From NCBI GenBank assembly GCA_963733035.1, contig CAVTBU010000005.1, forward strand, positions 384,001 through 448,000: 64,000 bases of DNA. Direction: 5' to 3'. Source of the DNA: Pirellulales bacterium. Its GTDB lineage: Bacteria; Planctomycetota; Planctomycetia; Pirellulales; PALSA-1355. Every line of letters begins with the position of its first letter. Within the stretch, counting starts at the first letter, position 1. Under the pieces are notes generated by a model. That model was not told where the DNA came from and searched no databases. It worked only from the letters and a program-made list of their open reading frames with translations. The position numbers and the translations under genes were made by a program. Shown here piece after piece: positions 59,499-64,000 of the stretch.

Positions 59499-59921
59499 AC
59501 AACAACCCCCCGTCTGGTCTCCGGTTTGGGCAAACCATCGCGGTGATGATGAGCAAGGACGCCTCGATCTCGGCACCTGCGGTTGAATGAGCTGCATTCG
59601 GATCTATCGCTTCGCGCACGGCGGCATGCACACAAGCCGGCGTCAGGATCAAGTAACTCAACGCTCCGCTTCTCCTTTTTGATTGTCAAAAACCCGTGAC
59701 AATCTCGACCCGCTTTCGCCCCAAGAAGACATGCGGAAGTGTGACAGCACGTCGCACGACAAGCATTGTCGCGAAACGTCCGCATGCAACGCGACAGTGG
59801 CGAAAAACGATCCCGGGCGCTCGTTAACGAATTCGCAAGGTAATCGCGATCGTGTCACTTTCGGTAATGGGCGGGAAGGCGACGCGCCGCGATAAAATGG
59901 AACTTTTCGAGGTGACTACTC

Positions 59922-61382
59922 ATGATCGACCCTTCACGAATTGTCGAGTCGGCTCTACGACGCAAACAGGCGCGGAATTCGAAACGGCGCAAAGCACGCA
60001 AGCAATCGCGAACTAGTCGCTCGCCTTTGCGATCCTACGAGTCGCTGGAAGCCCGAGAGCTACTCACCGTGACTTATCATGGTGGACAACTGCTGCAGCA
60101 AGTCGAGGCCCAGGCGGTCTATCTCGGATCGGATTGGAACACGAACTCCTCGCTCAAAAACCAGACCCAGTCCGTCGACCAGTTCGTCAGCTATCTGGTT
60201 CAAAGCCCCTACATGGACATGCTTACGCAGGCGGGATACGGCGTCGGCGAAGGGTCAGCGACCACGGGTCAGTTGCTGAATGCGAGCCTCAACAAATCGG
60301 CGGGGATCAGCGATGCGCAGATCCAGGCCGACCTTCAGTCGGCGATCAGCTCTTCACAGCTGGCCACACCCGATCCCAATCGGCTATACGTCGTTTATGT
60401 CGAACCGGGAGTCGTGATCAAGAACGGTAGCGAGACCAGCCAAAACACGTTCCTGGGTTATCACGGAGCGTTTGCCGGCAAAGACGCATCGGGCAAGTCG
60501 GTCGATATCCACTACGCGGTCATAGCTTACCCCGGTGGTTCTAATCCAACCTCCCGCTCGCAGGGATTCTCCACGGACTTCAATCAACTGACGGACGTCA
60601 CTTCGCACGAACTGGCCGAGGCCGTCGTCGACCCGAACGTCAATTACAAGACGCTAGGCTGGTACGACGATCGGCTGAATGGTGAGATTGGCGATCTGAC
60701 GAGCCGGACGACCGTGCTGAACGGGTACGTTGTGCAGGACCTGGTGAACAAGAACGATCAGCTCATCGTGCCGGTGGCGACCACGCCAACGTCACTTACC
60801 TCACCGCAAAACGTTTCGGTCACGGCAGTCACTTCCACGCAGGCAACGGTCTCCTGGACCGGCGTCACGGGAGCCGCCGGATATCGCGTCTATCTCGTCG
60901 ACGGCAGCGGCGGCACAACATTGCTGACCACGGTCGGCCCCTCCAGCACGTCAGCTACGATAAAGGGGCTGACACCCGGTGCAACGGAGTCGTTCAAGGT
61001 GGAAGCGTATAGCGGTACCACGGTGGCCGACTCGAACGTGGCAAGCGTAACGATGCCCGACCAAAGCGCATTGGGCTCGCCCAACGCCGTAGCGACGGCT
61101 ATCTCGTACCGAAGCGTGCAGCTTTCGTGGGGCGCCGTCGACGGCGCGGATGGATACCGCATTTACTGGATGAATGGAACGCAAGCCGTGCTGCTGGGCA
61201 CCGTGAGCTCCAGCACGAACTCGGTTCTCGTGACAGGCTTCACTGGCGGATCGACGGCGCAATTGATGGTCGAGGCCTTTAGCGGCAGCCTGGTCGCGGA
61301 TTCAATCTGGACCAGCGTCACCACACCCGCCCAACCCCAATCGTTTTGGGGCAATTGGTGGTGGTGGGGTTGGTGGGGATAA
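59922..61382 (+). CDS. Secreted protein: planctomycete ExLExRxLL leader, Phi-1/EXORDIUM-like domain, 2x FN3, Trp-rich tail
   Basis: Basic N-terminus then ESLEARELL; TYHGG, GYHG, SHELAEAVVDP, GWYD, GEIGDL; two FN3 repeats (VSWTGV..GYRVY, LSWGAV..GYRIY); ends FWGNWWWWGWWG. Confidence 0.78.
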   Translation: MIDPSRIVESALRRKQARNSKRRKARKQSRTSRSPLRSYESLEARELLTVTYHGGQLLQQVEAQAVYLGSDWNTNSSLKNQTQSVDQFVSYLVQSPYMDMLTQAGYGVGEGSATTGQLLNASLNKSAGISDAQIQADLQSAISSSQLATPDPNRLYVVYVEPGVVIKNGSETSQNTFLGYHGAFAGKDASGKSVDIHYAVIAYPGGSNPTSRSQGFSTDFNQLTDVTSHELAEAVVDPNVNYKTLGWYDDRLNGEIGDLTSRTTVLNGYVVQDLVNKNDQLIVPVATTPTSLTSPQNVSVTAVTSTQATVSWTGVTGAAGYRVYLVDGSGGTTLLTTVGPSSTSATIKGLTPGATESFKVEAYSGTTVADSNVASVTMPDQSALGSPNAVATAISYRSVQLSWGAVDGADGYRIYWMNGTQAVLLGTVSSSTNSVLVTGFTGGSTAQLMVEAFSGSLVADSIWTSVTTPAQPQSFWGNWWWWGWWG

Positions 61383-61490
61383 GTTTAAACTGCCACGATT
61401 CGGTCCAGCTGGAAGTGTGCCGCAATCCACAAGGATAGCGGAGGCGGCGTGCTTCGAGATTGCGGGGTTCTAATCGCGGTGGTTGTCCGT

Positions 61491-62999
61491 CTAGTTCGCT
61501 TGTTTTCTTGGTTGTCGATCGAATTTCGCCGAGTTCGACCACTTCATTCGCTCGGCCAGTTCCGCGTCCGGACCACCACCAAATTGCTGCCAGTAGAGCG
61601 CCTTCATCGGATTAACGTCCGGTCCCACCGCATCTTCGTTAACCATCCCGGCCCTGGCCTCTTGCCACCAGGCGTCGTAGGCCCGGCGCATGTCGGCTAC
61701 GACCTTGGGATGCTGATCGATGACATTGGTCGTCTCGCCGGGGTCCGATTCAAGATCGTATAGCTCCCGGTTATTGACCAGACGAAAACGCTGATTGCGC
61801 ACCGCACAGTTGGTGTACTTGGCCGCATCGGCCTCGCCGCGATTCCAACGTCCCTGATGCACAAACACGTAACGATCGGGCCAAGCGGCCTGAGGGTCTT
61901 CCAGCAGCGGCAACAGACTGCGCCCGTCGACCTTCACATTGGCTGGAACCTTTGCGCCGGCCAATGCGGCAAACGTCGGAAAGAAGTCGATGTGTGCCGT
62001 GAGTCGGTCAACGTCCACGCCCGCTGGGAGCGTGCCCGGCCAACGCCAAAAGCACGGCACATGCGTTCCACCCTCGTAGGGGGAGCCTTTTGAGGCCCGC
62101 ATGCCGGCGCTGAACAGCCGGGTGTGCGTGCCGCCGTTGTCGGAGATGAAGATCACCAGGGTGTCCTTGGTCTTACCCAATTCGTCGAGTCGGGCAAAAA
62201 GCTGCCCCATGTTGTCGTCAATGTTCGTGATCATCGAATAATAGGCAACATCTTCGGCGTCGAGACGCTTCCCGTCGATCGACTTGCCCGCGTAGAGTTG
62301 GTCGTACTGCTTGCCTGGACTGATGTGCGGGGAGTGCGGAGCGTTAGGCGTGATGTATGCGAAGAACGGCCTATCACCTTTACTTTGGGCACCGATCCAG
62401 CGCAGTGCCTGGGCAAAGAACAGATCCGTGCAGTAGCCTTGCGTTTGCTCGAACTTGCCGTTGTGCAGCAGGGCCGGATTGAAGTAACTGTTGCCGGGCG
62501 CGTCACCGCAACTGCCTGGGTAGGTCTGGCCGATGCCACCGCCGCCGTGAATGTAAACTTCGTCGAAGCCGCGCTTCCCGGGCTGGTACGCGGCCTCGTC
62601 TCCCAGGTGCCACTTACCAAAGATGCCGGTGGTGTATCCGGCCGACTTGAGCACTTGGGCGATCGTCGTGGCCGAAAGCTTCATGCGCTCGCGTTCCAAG
62701 ATCGTGTGTGTTACACCCGACTTGAACTCGTGCCGGCCGGTCATCAGGGAGCACCGCGTTGGCGCGCAAGTCGGACTGACCTGGAAATCGGTAAATCGAA
62801 CGCTTTCGGAATACATGCGATCGAGATTGGGCGTCTTGATAAGCGGATTGCCGTGACAGGCAAGGTCTCCGTAGCCCTGATCGTCCGACATCACCAGAAT
62901 GATATTCGGACGCGAACCGGCGAGGTCCTCGGCCACTAGATCTCCCATTAGGATCGGGGTAAGCAGCAACAGGAAAGCGAGGCCACTCACGTATTTCAT
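61491..62999 (-). CDS. Arylsulfatase (Cys-type, FGly-dependent)
   Basis: Signal peptide, PNIILVMSDDQG, CAPTR (CxPxR), GKWHLG, SDNG, ELYDL..DPGE. Confidence 0.93.
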   Translation of the reverse strand: MKYVSGLAFLLLLTPILMGDLVAEDLAGSRPNIILVMSDDQGYGDLACHGNPLIKTPNLDRMYSESVRFTDFQVSPTCAPTRCSLMTGRHEFKSGVTHTILERERMKLSATTIAQVLKSAGYTTGIFGKWHLGDEAAYQPGKRGFDEVYIHGGGGIGQTYPGSCGDAPGNSYFNPALLHNGKFEQTQGYCTDLFFAQALRWIGAQSKGDRPFFAYITPNAPHSPHISPGKQYDQLYAGKSIDGKRLDAEDVAYYSMITNIDDNMGQLFARLDELGKTKDTLVIFISDNGGTHTRLFSAGMRASKGSPYEGGTHVPCFWRWPGTLPAGVDVDRLTAHIDFFPTFAALAGAKVPANVKVDGRSLLPLLEDPQAAWPDRYVFVHQGRWNRGEADAAKYTNCAVRNQRFRLVNNRELYDLESDPGETTNVIDQHPKVVADMRRAYDAWWQEARAGMVNEDAVGPDVNPMKALYWQQFGGGPDAELAERMKWSNSAKFDRQPRKQAN

Positions 63000-63059
63000 T
63001 TCAAACGCCTTGCAATTGGTCCATCTACATTTACAACGCCGCACCGATTTGCCACGACT

Positions 63060-64000
63060 TTACTTGCCCGGACTCGGGCGCTCGTCGGCAACTTTGATTT
63101 GCGTCAAGCCGTGGGGCACCTTGCGTGCCTGGGCGATTCGTCCATGTAATTGTTTTTTAAGTGCGGCGATTGTTCCGGCTTGTTCCGGCTTGTTGGCCAG
63201 ATTAACCATCTCCGCCGGATCGCTGATGTGGTCGTAAAGTTCCGCGCCACGCTGGCCATGATCACCCCACTCGGTGTAGCGGTAGCGGTCGGTGCGCATT
63301 GTGTAGCCGTCGTGCTCTTGCGTCAAAGCCGACTGGCGCGGCGCCGAGTCCTTGTCGGTGACGGCACTCGCTTGGCTTACGCCCGAGATATTGTCCGGCA
63401 CCGGCAGGCCGCACAGTTCCGATAGCGTCGGATAGTAATCGACCATCTCCACCAGCGAGGGTGTGCTTTGACCGGCGTTTTTCATTCCTGGCACCGAAAT
63501 AATCAGCGGCACGTGTGTGGCGTTTTCGAACAGGGTCATCTTCTGAAAATGCCCGTGCTCGCCCATATGGTAGCCGTGATCGGAGGTCATCAGCACGATC
63601 GTATTGTCGGCCAGTCCCACACGTTCGAGGGCGTCGAGCACGCGGCCGACCTGAGCGTCCATGAACGAGATCGACGCGTAATAGGCCTGCATCGCCTCGC
63701 GCTTGGTCGTCTCGGGTAGATTGATGTTCACCTTCTTGGCCCCCAGCGTCGCCACGGCCGGCGCGGGAAGCGTTTCAAGATAGCCATCGGGCACGGTGGG
63801 CACGACGATCTTCTCCCGCGGGTACATGGCAAAGTACTTCTTCGGCGAAACGTATGGCGTGTGTGGGCGGTAGAAGCCCACGCCCAGGAAAAAAGGCTTC
63901 TTGTTGGCGGCAAATTCCTCGAGTAGCTTGACGGCCATGGTCGCTCCGATGCCGTCGGTTTGCTCCTCGTCGGTACCGTCGGCCGCCATCCAACTCAGCG
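63060..64000 (-). CDS. Sulfatase (iduronate-2-sulfatase-like), 5' end outside window
   Basis: PFFLGVGFYRPHTP, AYYASISFMDAQVG, TSDHGYHMGEH, RYTEW, ELYDH..DP.E. Confidence 0.9.
   Translation of the reverse strand, partial: LSWMAADGTDEEQTDGIGATMAVKLLEEFAANKKPFFLGVGFYRPHTPYVSPKKYFAMYPREKIVVPTVPDGYLETLPAPAVATLGAKKVNINLPETTKREAMQAYYASISFMDAQVGRVLDALERVGLADNTIVLMTSDHGYHMGEHGHFQKMTLFENATHVPLIISVPGMKNAGQSTPSLVEMVDYYPTLSELCGLPVPDNISGVSQASAVTDKDSAPRQSALTQEHDGYTMRTDRYRYTEWGDHGQRGAELYDHISDPAEMVNLANKPEQAGTIAALKKQLHGRIAQARKVPHGLTQIKVADERPSPGK

Noticed and set aside
59528..59600. c-di-GMP-I riboswitch (GGGCAAACC start)
   Set aside because: The GNRA tetraloop, the GACGCAAAGC junction and the P3 stem are missing.

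Overview
A GC-rich, mostly core-genome segment of a planctomycete, probably Pirellulales-like. The evidence is the H4MPT formyltransferase FhcD, an 'ExLExRxLL' secretion motif, sulfatases, DUF1573, a BlaI/M56 pair and the groEL-groES-groEL layout. In order, the window holds: a partial Nramp-like transporter; dcd, nth and tatD; a complex I-like operon (nuoI, DUF2203, nuoA, C, D, H, J, K, L, M, N, ferritin-like ORF) with no nuoB/E/F/G; csrA; tRNA-Glu(TTC); hemH; a thiolase; an epimerase / 5-formyl-THF cyclo-ligase / fhcD cluster; an ABC exporter; ALDH; purM; a CNNM/CorC protein; a C69 peptidase; DsbD; a phosphotransferase; a Zn-metalloprotease; P-II; a groEL-groES-groEL-dnaJ-grpE-FmdB-yacG operon preceded by a sigma54-type promoter; a double GNAT; an M42 peptidase; BlaI plus M56 with clear operators; DUF1573; an SGNH/TPR protein; DUF5989; DUF2254; tRNA-Arg(ACG); a class II GATase; a TPR protein; a secreted Phi-1-like/FN3 protein with a Trp-rich tail; and two sulfatases. 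Seven genes carry small frameshifts, all at or beside GCGC. These look like systematic, possibly methylation-linked, sequencing errors rather than pseudogenes. I see no CRISPR array, prophage, IS element or defence island, and no new system is proven. The best leads are the cyclo-ligase/FhcD coupling, the insertion-rich complex I without an N-module, the Trp-tailed Phi-1-like protein and the GCGC error signature. All family assignments come from motif recognition, not database searches.
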